From: an uncultured delta proteobacterium
GTDB lineage: Bacteria; Desulfobacterota; Desulfuromonadia; Geobacterales; DSM-12255
NCBI GenBank assembly: GCA_963787125.1
Contig: CAWBBV010000024.1
Location: 32,001-96,000, forward strand
DNA length: 64,000 nt
Reading direction: 5' to 3'
Shown: one piece after another, positions 19,182 through 28,320 of the stretch
Layout: every line of letters begins with the position of its first letter
Position numbering within the stretch: position 1 is the first letter of the stretch
Program-made: the position numbers and the translations under genes
Notes under the pieces: generated by a model
Seen by the model: only the letters and a program-made list of their open reading frames with translations
What the model was told of the DNA's origin: nothing
Databases searched by the model: none

Positions 19182-20093
19182 ATGAAAGCGCTATTGATAG
19201 GGGAATATAGAGAAGGCAAGCTGCTGGATTCGACCAGTGAGCTGTTCGGTTTTGCAAAACAGTTGGGCGCCGAAACCGCCATGCTGCTGGTGGGGAGCGC
19301 TGCTCAGCTGCCGGCATATTCAGGAACAGTCTACCTGGCTGATGCGACTGTCTGCGGAGAGTACAATCCTGACCTGCACAAACAGCTGATCCTCGAAGCA
19401 ATCACCCAGGAGAACCCTGATTATGTCGTATTTCTGCACACTTCCTACGGTTGGGATCTTGCGCCGCGGGTTGCTGTAGCGCTGAAGAGCGCTCAAGTGT
19501 CAGAGGTTACCGGAATCGTCGCTGGCGGTTTCGAGGTCGGCTGCTGCAATGCCAAGATGCGCCGAACCGTTAAACCTGCCACTGCAAAAGCAGTATTAAC
19601 CATCCAGGCCGGTGCGTTTCCTGCGGAACTCCCTGGCGGTTCTCCACAAGTCAAACCGTTGGCAGTAGCTGCGAGTGGCAAGCTGGAGTTTCTTGGCTAC
19701 GAGCCTGCTGAAAAGAAAGACGTTGACCTGACAAAAGCCGAAATAATTGTTTCTGCCGGGCGCGGTATCGGCAAAAAAGACAATGTCGGACTCATTCAGG
19801 CACTGGCAAAAGCCCTTGGCGGCGAACTGGGGGCCAGTCGCCCGGTTGTCGATGCCGGCTGGGTCGAGCATAGCCATCAGGTCGGCACCACCGGTCAGAC
19901 TGTCTCACCCAAACTGTATGTCGCCTGCGGCATCAGCGGCGCCATTCAGCACCTGGCAGGGATGAAAAAAGCCGACTTTATTGTTGCCATCAACAAGGAC
20001 AAGGATGCGCCGATCGGCGAGATTGCGGATGTATTGGTCGTTGCCGACGTATTGCAGTTTGTCCCGGCTTTCACCGCAAAAATTCAAAAGTAG
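19182..20093 (+). CDS. etfA: Electron transfer flavoprotein alpha subunit
   Basis: GASRPVVDAGW, QVGTTG, GISGAIQH, AINKD. Confidence 0.93.
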   Translation: MKALLIGEYREGKLLDSTSELFGFAKQLGAETAMLLVGSAAQLPAYSGTVYLADATVCGEYNPDLHKQLILEAITQENPDYVVFLHTSYGWDLAPRVAVALKSAQVSEVTGIVAGGFEVGCCNAKMRRTVKPATAKAVLTIQAGAFPAELPGGSPQVKPLAVAASGKLEFLGYEPAEKKDVDLTKAEIIVSAGRGIGKKDNVGLIQALAKALGGELGASRPVVDAGWVEHSHQVGTTGQTVSPKLYVACGISGAIQHLAGMKKADFIVAINKDKDAPIGEIADVLVVADVLQFVPAFTAKIQK

Positions 20094-20136
20094 AGAACAG
20101 CAGCCAGCAGATACCAGACAGTTTAAGGAGCCTTAG

Positions 20137-21306
20137 ATGAACATCCACGAATACCAGGCAAAAGCGATTTTGCGTAAATTCGGCGTCAGTGTACCGGACG
20201 GTCACGTCTGCTACAACGGCGCCAGCGCCCGGGAATGGGCCAAACGTCTCGGGGACGGCCCCTGGGTCGTAAAAGCCCAGATCCACGCCGGCGGCCGCGG
20301 CAAAGGTGGCGGGGTCAAACTGGCCCGCACCCCGGAAGAAGTCCGCAACATCGCCCGGGAAATCCTCGGCATGACCCTGCGTACCCACCAGACCGGCCCG
20401 GAAGGCAAACTCGTCACCCGCGTCCTCATCGAAAACGGCTGCAACATCGCCCGTGAACTCTACGTCAGCCTCGTCGTCGACCGCGCCACCTCCAAAGTAG
20501 CCGTCATGGCCTCAACAGAAGGCGGCATGGACATCGAAGAAGTCGCCGCCAGCACCCCCGAAAAGATCTTCACCGAAGTCATCGACCCGTTAGTCGGCCT
20601 CACCTCCTTCCAGTGCCGCAACATCGCCTTCAGTCTTGGCCTCAGCGGTAAAACCATCACCAAAGCCGTCACCCTCCTCCAAGGTCTGTACACCACCTTC
20701 ATCGCCTGTGACTGCTCCATGCTGGAAATCAACCCCCTCGTCGTCACCAAAGAAAACGACCTCCTCGCCCTTGATGCAAAGTTTGGCTTTGACGACAACG
20801 CCCTCTTTCGCCACCACAAAATCGGCGACATGCGCGACTTCGACGAAGAAGACCCCAACGAAATAGAAGCAAGCCAGCACGACCTCTCCTACATTTCCCT
20901 AAGCGGCAACATCGGCTGCCTCGTCAACGGCGCCGGACTCGCCATGGCCACCATGGACATCGTCAAACACTACGGCGGCGACCCGGCCAACTTTCTGGAC
21001 GTCGGGGGTGGGGCCACCATAGAAAGAGTCACCGAAGCCTTCAAACTCATCCTCAGTGACAAAAACGTCAAAGGCATCCTCGTCAACATCTTCGGCGGCA
21101 TCATGAAATGCGACATCATCGCCACCGGCGTCATCGAAGCCGCCAAACAGGTCTCCCTAAGCGTCCCTCTCGTCGTCCGTTTAGAGGGGACCAACGTCGA
21201 AATCGGCAAAAGAATGCTCGCCGAAAGCGGTCTCGACATCGTCGCCGCCGACGGCATGGCCGACGCCGCCCAGAAAATAGTAGCCGCAGTAAAGGGAGGC
21301 AGATAA
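20137..21306 (+). CDS. sucC: Succinate-CoA ligase beta subunit
   Basis: [37 protein letters not shown]. Confidence 0.96.
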   Translation: MNIHEYQAKAILRKFGVSVPDGHVCYNGASAREWAKRLGDGPWVVKAQIHAGGRGKGGGVKLARTPEEVRNIAREILGMTLRTHQTGPEGKLVTRVLIENGCNIARELYVSLVVDRATSKVAVMASTEGGMDIEEVAASTPEKIFTEVIDPLVGLTSFQCRNIAFSLGLSGKTITKAVTLLQGLYTTFIACDCSMLEINPLVVTKENDLLALDAKFGFDDNALFRHHKIGDMRDFDEEDPNEIEASQHDLSYISLSGNIGCLVNGAGLAMATMDIVKHYGGDPANFLDVGGGATIERVTEAFKLILSDKNVKGILVNIFGGIMKCDIIATGVIEAAKQVSLSVPLVVRLEGTNVEIGKRMLAESGLDIVAADGMADAAQKIVAAVKGGR

Positions 21307-22178
21307 TGAGCATCCTCGTCAACAAAAACACCCGCGTCATCACCCAGGGGATAACCGGCGCCACCGGCCTCTTTCATGCCCAGGGAGCCCGTGACTACGG
21401 CACCCTCATGGTCGGCGGCGTCACCCCCGGCAAAGGCGGCACGGTCATAGACGGCTTCCCCGTCTTTGACACCGTCAGAGACGCAGTCAGACAGACCGGC
21501 GCCACCGCCAGCGTCATCTACGTACCGCCCCCCTTCGCCGCCGACTCCATCATGGAAGCCGTCGACGCCGGCATCGAACTCGTCTGCTGCATCACCGAAG
21601 GGATCCCCGTCCTCGACATGGTCAAAGTCAAACAGTACATCCAGGGGAAGAACACCAGACTCGTCGGACCCAACTGTCCCGGCGTCATCACCCCCGGCGA
21701 ATGCAAAATCGGCATCATGCCCGGCTACATCCACAAACCGGGCAAAGTCGGCGTCGTCTCCCGGAGCGGCACCTTAACCTACGAAGCCGTCTGGCAGCTC
21801 ACCTGCTTAGGTCTTGGACAATCCACTTGCGTCGGCATCGGCGGTGACCCGGTCAACGGCACCAACCACCTCGACGTCCTCAAAATGTTTGAAGAAGACC
21901 CGAACACCGAAGCCGTCATCATGATCGGCGAAATCGGTGGCACCTCCGAAGAAGAAGGGGCGTACTTCGTCAAAGAACACATGACCAAACCGGTAGCCGC
22001 CTACATCGCCGGCCGCACCGCCCCCCCCGGCAAAAGAATGGGTCATGCCGGCGCCATCATCTCCGGCGGCAAAGGGACAGCGGCAGAAAAAGTCGCCATC
22101 CTGGAAGAGTGCGGTATCAGTGTTGCTGCTTCTCCGGCGGATATGGCCCAGGCGCTGATGAAGATCTATAAACCGTAA
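21306..22178 (+). CDS. sucD: Succinate-CoA ligase alpha subunit
   Basis: ATG overlaps the sucC TAA (TAATG). QGITG, GPNCPG, RMGHAGA (phospho-His). Confidence 0.96.
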   Translation: MSILVNKNTRVITQGITGATGLFHAQGARDYGTLMVGGVTPGKGGTVIDGFPVFDTVRDAVRQTGATASVIYVPPPFAADSIMEAVDAGIELVCCITEGIPVLDMVKVKQYIQGKNTRLVGPNCPGVITPGECKIGIMPGYIHKPGKVGVVSRSGTLTYEAVWQLTCLGLGQSTCVGIGGDPVNGTNHLDVLKMFEEDPNTEAVIMIGEIGGTSEEEGAYFVKEHMTKPVAAYIAGRTAPPGKRMGHAGAIISGGKGTAAEKVAILEECGISVAASPADMAQALMKIYKP

Positions 22179-22190
22179 ATGCAGAAAAAC

Positions 22191-22238
22191 AGCAGTCAGT
22201 AGTCAGGGTCAAATGCCTGCAACTGATTACTGACTGCT
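22191..22238. repeat. Inverted repeat built from short AGTCAG units
   Basis: AGCAGTCAGTAGTCAG (22191-22206) versus CTGATTACTGACTGCT (22223-22238), 15/16 complementary. Confidence 0.7.
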
Positions 22239-22276
22239 AAATAATTAACAGCTAAAAGTTAAATGAGGACAGGACG

Positions 22277-22468
22277 ATGGGCAAATACAAAGAACATCCC
22301 AAGTACAACGTGGTGTCGATCAGGATCAGTGATGAAGAGAAAGAGATCCTTGACGAAATGAGCAAACAGGACCGTATCAGCATTACCAGCCTGATGAGGA
22401 TGGCTATAAGCAACTATACATCCTTTAGAGCGGTCAGCGCCAATCATGCTAATGCTTCGATCTTATAA
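22277..22468 (+). CDS. Small ribbon-helix-helix repressor, HgtR-like
   Basis: PKYNVVSIRISDEEK...SITSLMRMAI resembles my recollection of the Geobacter HgtR family. AGGA RBS. Confidence 0.65.
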   Translation: MGKYKEHPKYNVVSIRISDEEKEILDEMSKQDRISITSLMRMAISNYTSFRAVSANHANASIL

Positions 22469-22569
22469 GAGTTGCTGAGTACATACTGCCATGTGTACTC
22501 CTTTCAAAGCCGGGGGAGCCGTCCCCCGGTAGTTTTGCAGACGCTTGAAAATGTCAGGGAGAAGCTTTC

Positions 22570-23382
22570 ATGCTTGTCATATCGTGCATCAAACAGGTAC
22601 CGGATACGACCCAGGTCAAGATTGATCCGGTCACTAATACTCTTATCCGGGACGGGATTCCGTTTATCATCAATCCCTATGACTCTCACGCTCTCGAAGA
22701 GAGTCTGCGGCTTAAAGACCGCTATAACGTCCGGACAGTCGCCCTGTCCATGGGGCCTCCCAACACCGTGGCCACTTTGAAAAAAGCCTGTGCCCTCGGT
22801 GTCGATGAGGCCATTCTTCTCTCAGATCGCTGTTTTGGCGGTGCTGATACCCTGGCGACCAGTAAGGTTCTTTCAGCAGCCATTGAACGTCTCAATAAAG
22901 AGGAACAGGTCGGCATTGTCTTCTGCGGTAAACAGACTATTGATGGCGACACCGCTCAGGTCGGTCCCGGCATCGCTTCGCGTCTCGGTTTCAGCCAGCT
23001 GACCCTGGTTGATAAAATCGAATCGATTGATTTCATCCGTAAATCCATCAGGGTTCGCCGTAAGCTCGAAGGACGCCACGAGATAGTCGAGGCGCCGCTG
23101 CCGGTCATGATAACCGTGGTACGTGAGCTCAATCGTCCCCGTTATCCGGTTGTTGAGAAACGGCTGGAAGCGCAGGATATGGAGATTAAAGTATGGGACA
23201 ATTCCGTGCTCAATCTGGATGTGGAGACCATCGGCCTGAAAGGTTCGCCTACCTGGGTCAGCAAGATATTTTCTCCCGAACGTGATCAGGGGGAAATTAT
23301 CGGCGACGGTCTGCATGACCCTGACGGCACAGTTGGCCTGCTCCTGGATAAACTCACGGCAAAAGACCTGTTGACAGTGTGA
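22570..23382 (+). CDS. etfB: ETF beta subunit, FixA/bifurcating type
   Basis: CIKQVPDT, DRCFGGADT, GKQTIDGDTAQVGP, GLKGSPT. Confidence 0.92.
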   Translation: MLVISCIKQVPDTTQVKIDPVTNTLIRDGIPFIINPYDSHALEESLRLKDRYNVRTVALSMGPPNTVATLKKACALGVDEAILLSDRCFGGADTLATSKVLSAAIERLNKEEQVGIVFCGKQTIDGDTAQVGPGIASRLGFSQLTLVDKIESIDFIRKSIRVRRKLEGRHEIVEAPLPVMITVVRELNRPRYPVVEKRLEAQDMEIKVWDNSVLNLDVETIGLKGSPTWVSKIFSPERDQGEIIGDGLHDPDGTVGLLLDKLTAKDLLTV

Positions 23383-23411
23383 CACTAACCTTAATCTGAG
23401 GATGCTGCCCC

Positions 23412-24761
23412 ATGACTGAAGAAAAGAGACCGATTAAAAAGCCCCGTGGTAAAGCCATGTTACTCGCAGGCAAATGTATTGCCTGTGGCGCCCGCTGCCA
23501 GAGCTCCTGTCCGGTCAACTGTATCGAGATGACTGATAGTGGTGAGCCAATTGTTGAAGCTGCCAAGTGTATCGGCTGCCTCAAATGCGTCAAGGTCTGC
23601 CCTGCCCAGGCGATTGAGATGCAGTTCACCCCTGAAGAACAGAAGATCCTTGCCGAACTTGCCCTTATCTCCGGCGGTGAAGCGGTGGAAGAGCTGGACG
23701 AAGAGGGACGGCAGCTGAGGGAGATGCTGGCAAAATACCGCGGAGTCTGGGTCGTAATCGAACAGTTCGAGGGCGTTGTTGCCAAAGTTTCCTGGGAGCT
23801 GCTCGGCACCGGGGCTGATCTGGCAAAAACCCTCGGGGTCGAGCTGACTGCCGTAATTATCGGCTATAACGTCAATCATCTTTGTAGCGAAGCTTTCGAG
23901 CATGGCGCTGACAAAAGTATTCTTCTTGATGCGCAGGTTTATACCAATTACCGCACCCAGCCCTTTTCCGACGCCATCTGCCACCTGATCGAAAAGCATA
24001 AACCTGAAGTCATCCTCATGGGGGCGACAGCTCAAGGCAGAGATCTTGCCGGAGCAGTGGCAACCGTCGTCAAGACAGGGCTGACAGCCGACTGCACCGG
24101 ACTTGGCATCGACGCCGGCCGCAACCTGATGCAGACCCGCCCGGCCTTTGGCGGCAATATCATGGCAACCATCATGTGCGACAAATATCGTCCCCAGATG
24201 GCCACTGTCAGGCCCCATGTCATGCATATGCCCGAACTGCAGCCGGGGCGCAGCGGTGAAATTATTCGCGATGCTTTTGCGCCGCTGGAGAAGAGTGTCC
24301 TGGTGAAAGTTCTGGAGGTGATCAGCGACCGTGACGGCAAGGACCAGGTTGATGTGGCCGCTGCCGAGGTGATCGTCTCCGGTGGTCGCGGCATGATGAA
24401 CAAAGAGAATTTCGCCCTGTTACAGGAGCTGGCAGACGAGCTGGATGGAGTGGTCGGAGCGTCGCGCAGCGCCGTTGATGCCGGCTGGATCTCCCATAGT
24501 CGTCAGGTCGGTCAGACCGGCAAGACAGTCAGACCCAAGATCTACATCGCCTGCGGTATCTCCGGCGCCATTCAGCATATGGTCGGGATGCAGGATTCGG
24601 ATGTTGTTATTGCCATCAACCGTGACCCTGAAGCGCCGATCTTTCAGATCGCTACCTATGGGATTGTCGGTGATCTCTTTCAGGTAATACCGTCCCTCAT
24701 TCGCCAGATCCGCGAACGCAAAGGTAGCAGCGCTGCTCAAGAGCAGAGAAAAGCCGCCTGA
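23412..24761 (+). CDS. etfA: ETF alpha subunit with N-terminal 2[4Fe-4S] ferredoxin fusion
   Basis: CIACGARCQSSCP and CIGCLKCVKVCP, then GLTADCT, RPAFGGN, QVGQTG, GISGAIQH. Confidence 0.92.
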   Translation: MTEEKRPIKKPRGKAMLLAGKCIACGARCQSSCPVNCIEMTDSGEPIVEAAKCIGCLKCVKVCPAQAIEMQFTPEEQKILAELALISGGEAVEELDEEGRQLREMLAKYRGVWVVIEQFEGVVAKVSWELLGTGADLAKTLGVELTAVIIGYNVNHLCSEAFEHGADKSILLDAQVYTNYRTQPFSDAICHLIEKHKPEVILMGATAQGRDLAGAVATVVKTGLTADCTGLGIDAGRNLMQTRPAFGGNIMATIMCDKYRPQMATVRPHVMHMPELQPGRSGEIIRDAFAPLEKSVLVKVLEVISDRDGKDQVDVAAAEVIVSGGRGMMNKENFALLQELADELDGVVGASRSAVDAGWISHSRQVGQTGKTVRPKIYIACGISGAIQHMVGMQDSDVVIAINRDPEAPIFQIATYGIVGDLFQVIPSLIRQIRERKGSSAAQEQRKAA

Positions 24762-24800
24762 TCTGATTAAGTAACCAGGATTTAAGCCAGCGAGGTAAGC

Positions 24801-26783
24801 ATGTCGCTTCATCAAACTGTATTCATGACCATCTTTACTGTTTCCGTAGTATCTTTTCTTTTCAGCTGTTACCAGCGTCTGCAGCTGGTCTCTGTCGGAG
24901 CGCCGGAGAATCGTTTCGATAACCCGGGACAACGGCTGGCAGGGATGTTTACCTACGCTTTTGCCCAGAAACGAGTGCTGGCGAGGCCATACGGCGTCAA
25001 TCACTTTTTCCTCTTCTGGGCGTTTCTCTTCCTCCTTCTGGCCAATGGCGAGTTTCTGCTGGAAGGACTGCTTCCCGGCATCACTCTGGCAAACTTTCTG
25101 CCGGCAGCAATCTATCAGCCGTTAAAGCTTGTCTTTGATACTGTTTCCCTTGTTGCCCTCGTCTCGGTGCTGCTCGCCTTTGCCCGCCGGCTGCTTTTTC
25201 CCCCTGACTATCTGGGTAACGACTATACAAAGCCGGCCAGTGGTGAAGCCTTACTGATTCTGGCAATGATTGCCTCCCTGATGATCGCCTTCTTTGCCCT
25301 TAACGCCGCCCATATAGCCCTGGGTCAGCCAGACGCCTGGCGACCGGTATCAGCAGCAATCGCCGGCCTTTTGCAGGGTCTCCCGAAAGCCACTCTTCAG
25401 ACTCTGGGGGATGTGTCCTGGTGGCTGCATGCGCTGGTACTGCTGCTGTTTATGAACTTTTTACCCCGCAGCAAGCATATGCATATTCTCACCGCTATCC
25501 CCAACTGTTACTTCCAGAGCCTGGAAAAGCCGAACACCCAGCCATTGGAGAACTTTAAAAGAGGGGCTCATTACGGCGTCAGCAGTGTTGATCAGTACAG
25601 CTGGAAAGATCTTTTTGATTCTCTCACCTGTACCGAATGCGGCCGCTGCCAGGATCTCTGCCCGGCTCACAACACCGGCAAACCGCTCAACCCGCGTAAA
25701 ATAGTTCACGACATCAAGTTGAATCTTTTTGCCAACGGCCCGGAGATCAAAAATGGCAAAAAGGGTAATCTGCCGTTGATCGGCGCAGCAGGGGAGGGCA
25801 CTGTCTGCGAAGAGGCTATCTGGTCGTGCACTACCTGTGGCGCCTGTACCTCGGTCTGCCCGGTACTGATCGAGCAGATGCCGAAGATTGTCAAACTGAG
25901 GCGAAGTCTCGTGCAGGAGAAGGCTCAGTTTCCCGAAGAGCTGCTCAACCTCTTTGAGAATATGGAGCAGCGCAGCAACCCTTGGGGGATTGCCCCGTCC
26001 GAGCGGATCAAATGGAGTACCCTCCTTGGCGACCGCACTTTTATACCGGGAAAAACAGAATATCTCTTTTTTGTCGGCTGCGCCGGCGCCTTTGACAGCC
26101 GTAACAAGCACGTTACCGTCGCCCTGGCCACCATCATGGATGCTGCCGGAATCTCCTGGGGGTTATTGGGGAAAGACGAGCAGTGCTGCGGTGACAGCGT
26201 CCGCCGGTTGGGGAATGAGTTTGTCTTTGATAAAATGGCCCGGGAAAACGTGGCCATGTTCAAGGAAAAAGGGATAACAAAGATTGTAACCCAGTGTCCT
26301 CACTGCTTCAGTGCCGTCAAGAACGATTACAAACAGTACGGCCTTGATATCGAAGTTATCCACCACTCCCAACTGATAGCCGATCTCCAGAAGAGCGGCA
26401 GACTGAAAATGCCGAAAAAGAGCGACCAGGGGAAAGTCATCTTCCATGACTCCTGTTATCTCGGCCGTCATAATGACACCTATGAAGCCCCCAGAACTGT
26501 CATTGCCAACGCCACCGGTAAAGCCCCTAATGAATTTGAGCGGAGCAGAGAGAAGGCTTTTTGTTGCGGTGCCGGCGGTGGCAGGATGTGGATGGAAGAG
26601 CAGACCGGCAGCAGAATCAATCTGGAAAGGGTTAAGGAAGCGATGAAGCAACAGCCCGATACCCTCTGCGTCAGCTGCCCCTACTGCATGACCATGATGG
26701 AGGACGGTCTGAAGGATCTCGGCCTTGGCGACAAGGTCAGGGTCAGAGATATTGCCGAGGTGACGGCTGAAGCGCTGCGATGA
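24801..26783 (+). CDS. Membrane-bound HdrD/FadF-like Fe-S oxidoreductase (EMO-like), copy 2
   Basis: TM domain, CTECGRCQDLCP, CTTCGACTSVCP, CCGD and CCGAGGG. Paralog of 16393-18378. Confidence 0.88.
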   Translation: MSLHQTVFMTIFTVSVVSFLFSCYQRLQLVSVGAPENRFDNPGQRLAGMFTYAFAQKRVLARPYGVNHFFLFWAFLFLLLANGEFLLEGLLPGITLANFLPAAIYQPLKLVFDTVSLVALVSVLLAFARRLLFPPDYLGNDYTKPASGEALLILAMIASLMIAFFALNAAHIALGQPDAWRPVSAAIAGLLQGLPKATLQTLGDVSWWLHALVLLLFMNFLPRSKHMHILTAIPNCYFQSLEKPNTQPLENFKRGAHYGVSSVDQYSWKDLFDSLTCTECGRCQDLCPAHNTGKPLNPRKIVHDIKLNLFANGPEIKNGKKGNLPLIGAAGEGTVCEEAIWSCTTCGACTSVCPVLIEQMPKIVKLRRSLVQEKAQFPEELLNLFENMEQRSNPWGIAPSERIKWSTLLGDRTFIPGKTEYLFFVGCAGAFDSRNKHVTVALATIMDAAGISWGLLGKDEQCCGDSVRRLGNEFVFDKMARENVAMFKEKGITKIVTQCPHCFSAVKNDYKQYGLDIEVIHHSQLIADLQKSGRLKMPKKSDQGKVIFHDSCYLGRHNDTYEAPRTVIANATGKAPNEFERSREKAFCCGAGGGRMWMEEQTGSRINLERVKEAMKQQPDTLCVSCPYCMTMMEDGLKDLGLGDKVRVRDIAEVTAEALR

Positions 26784-26838
26784 TTGCTAAGGTAGTACAA
26801 TGAGACAGTGTTAAAGTTGACGCCATGTATCAGCCAGT

Positions 26839-26949
26839 GTATTGAATTGACAGAAATTTTGTGATGTTCTGGAGCTGAGGATGATATTAACGATAAAAGA
26901 ATAACTCAAAAGCCGCTTTACCGGAAATACCGGTGGAGCGGTTTTTTTT
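26839..26949 (+). repeat. Dispersed ~110-bp element copy 1 (TTGACA motif, GGAG, 7-codon mini-ORF, terminator)
   Basis: GTATTGAATTGACA, GGAG 26871, ATG 26881 MILTIKE*, hairpin GCCGCTTTACCGG/CCGGTGGAGCGGT plus T-run. Homologous to 35031-35145. Confidence 0.7.
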
Positions 26950-26989
26950 GTTTCTGTTGGTGCTTCATATATCCAGAATAAACATTTAT

Positions 26990-27079
26990 CCACGGATTAC
27001 ACAGATGAACTCGGATGAAATCAAGCATAGCTGATATATTTTTCATGGTTGTATCCGTGTTCATCCGTGACATCCGTTG
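26990..27079. repeat. Inverted-repeat element with arms of three ~9-10 nt ACGGAT units (REP/MITE-like)
   Basis: CCACGGATTACACAGATGAACTCGGAT versus ATCCGTGTTCATCCGTGACATCCGTTG. Confidence 0.75.
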
Positions 27080-27148
27080 CCAATGCTTTTATCTTTACAT
27101 CATTAGAATCATGGACAAAAGCGCTGTGAGCGCAACAAAGGAGACTTT

Positions 27149-27919
27149 ATGGCTACAACCTACGAAAAAGGCAAACTGTAACAATTGAGCATAGCCAAGT
27201 TGATTCCCGATCCCGAACAGCCACGTAAATTCTTTGATGAGCAGGCGCTGGGTGAGTTGCAAGCGTCCATCGCCAGCCACGGGATACTGCAGCCGATTCT
27301 GGTACGGGAAGGGGAGGCCGGGAAATTTATCATCGTCTCCGGTGAGCGGCGCTATCAGGCTGCCCGCAATGCCGGACTGGAGAACGTCCCGGTGATACTC
27401 ACCGATGGTGAACCGGCGGAGATTGCCATTATCGAGAATCTGCTGCGGGAGAATCTGACGGCCATTGAAGAAGCGGAGGCGATAGAGCGGCTGCGGGCGG
27501 TGCATGATTATGGCCAGGTGGAAGTAGCTGCCGTGCTCGGTAAATCCGAATCAGCCATATCTGAAATTTTGTCACTGAACCGATTACCGCAGGCAGTGAA
27601 GGACGATTGTCGCAATGATCCAAGAGTTTCCCGGAAAGTTATGGCAGTGGTATCCATGCAAAAGACGCCGGAGAAAATGGTTGCCCTCTACACAAAATAC
27701 AAGGCAAGTGGCCTCACCCGTAGTGAAATTATCCCTAAGGTGGCAAAACCGAAAGCTCCGCGAGCACCGCTAGCGCCGGAAGATCTGGCTGCCATTTCCG
27801 AGCGGATCGATGTTCTGATTGCTGCCGATCTGACCGCTGAACAGAAAGCGGCGTTCATAGTAGAGATGACCAAGTTGCGGGGTGTGACCTATCAGAAGAT
27901 CAAGCTGTTTAAGGTCTAG
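27149..27919 (+). pseudogene. ParB/Spo0J-family CTPase-HTH gene with a premature TAA at codon 11
   Basis: AAGGAG-ATG 27149 gives MATTYEKGKL-TAA(27179-81)-QLSIAKL in one frame. QPRKFF, GILQPILV, GERRYQA, ENLLRENL, HTH. Confidence 0.75.
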
Positions 27920-27997
27920 ATTAGTGGTTTCATGAGAGAGATGGTCGATAACCTTCAAATATTTGAGATGAAAAGTTAATTATATCAGCCAAGTAAT

Positions 27998-28021
27998 AAA
28001 AGTTCGCCGCGGCGAACTTTT
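27998..28021. promoter_or_regulatory. Perfect 24-bp palindrome (parS-like site or bidirectional terminator)
   Basis: AAAAGTTCGCCGCGGCGAACTTTT is its own reverse complement. Confidence 0.55.
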
Positions 28022-28320
28022 GGATTATTTAATCTTTGTGGGTGTGATACAACTGATTGCCGAGTGATTTTGAGTGAGGGATGATGAATCTTAATTGATT
28101 AGCTGGCAACGACCACCATATGGGTAAAAAAGTGATCAGGAACTGCGAATAATGTTGATGGAAGCGGATGGTTAGTTGATTAGAAAGCAACGTTATATAT
28201 GACTGAGAGCTACAGATTTTTCCCCGGAAATTATAGATAAAATAATAAGTTACCAGTCTTGTAGTTCTATTGTCAGCCTGTTATTGAATAGCCATTTATT
28301 CAACATACCAGGAGGACAGA

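Noticed and set aside
27179..27181. Selenocysteine or pyrrolysine read-through of the parB stop
   Set aside because: The codon is TAA, not TGA or TAG.
27095..27505. 136-aa minus-strand ORF over parB
   Set aside because: Antisense shadow of the ParB gene.
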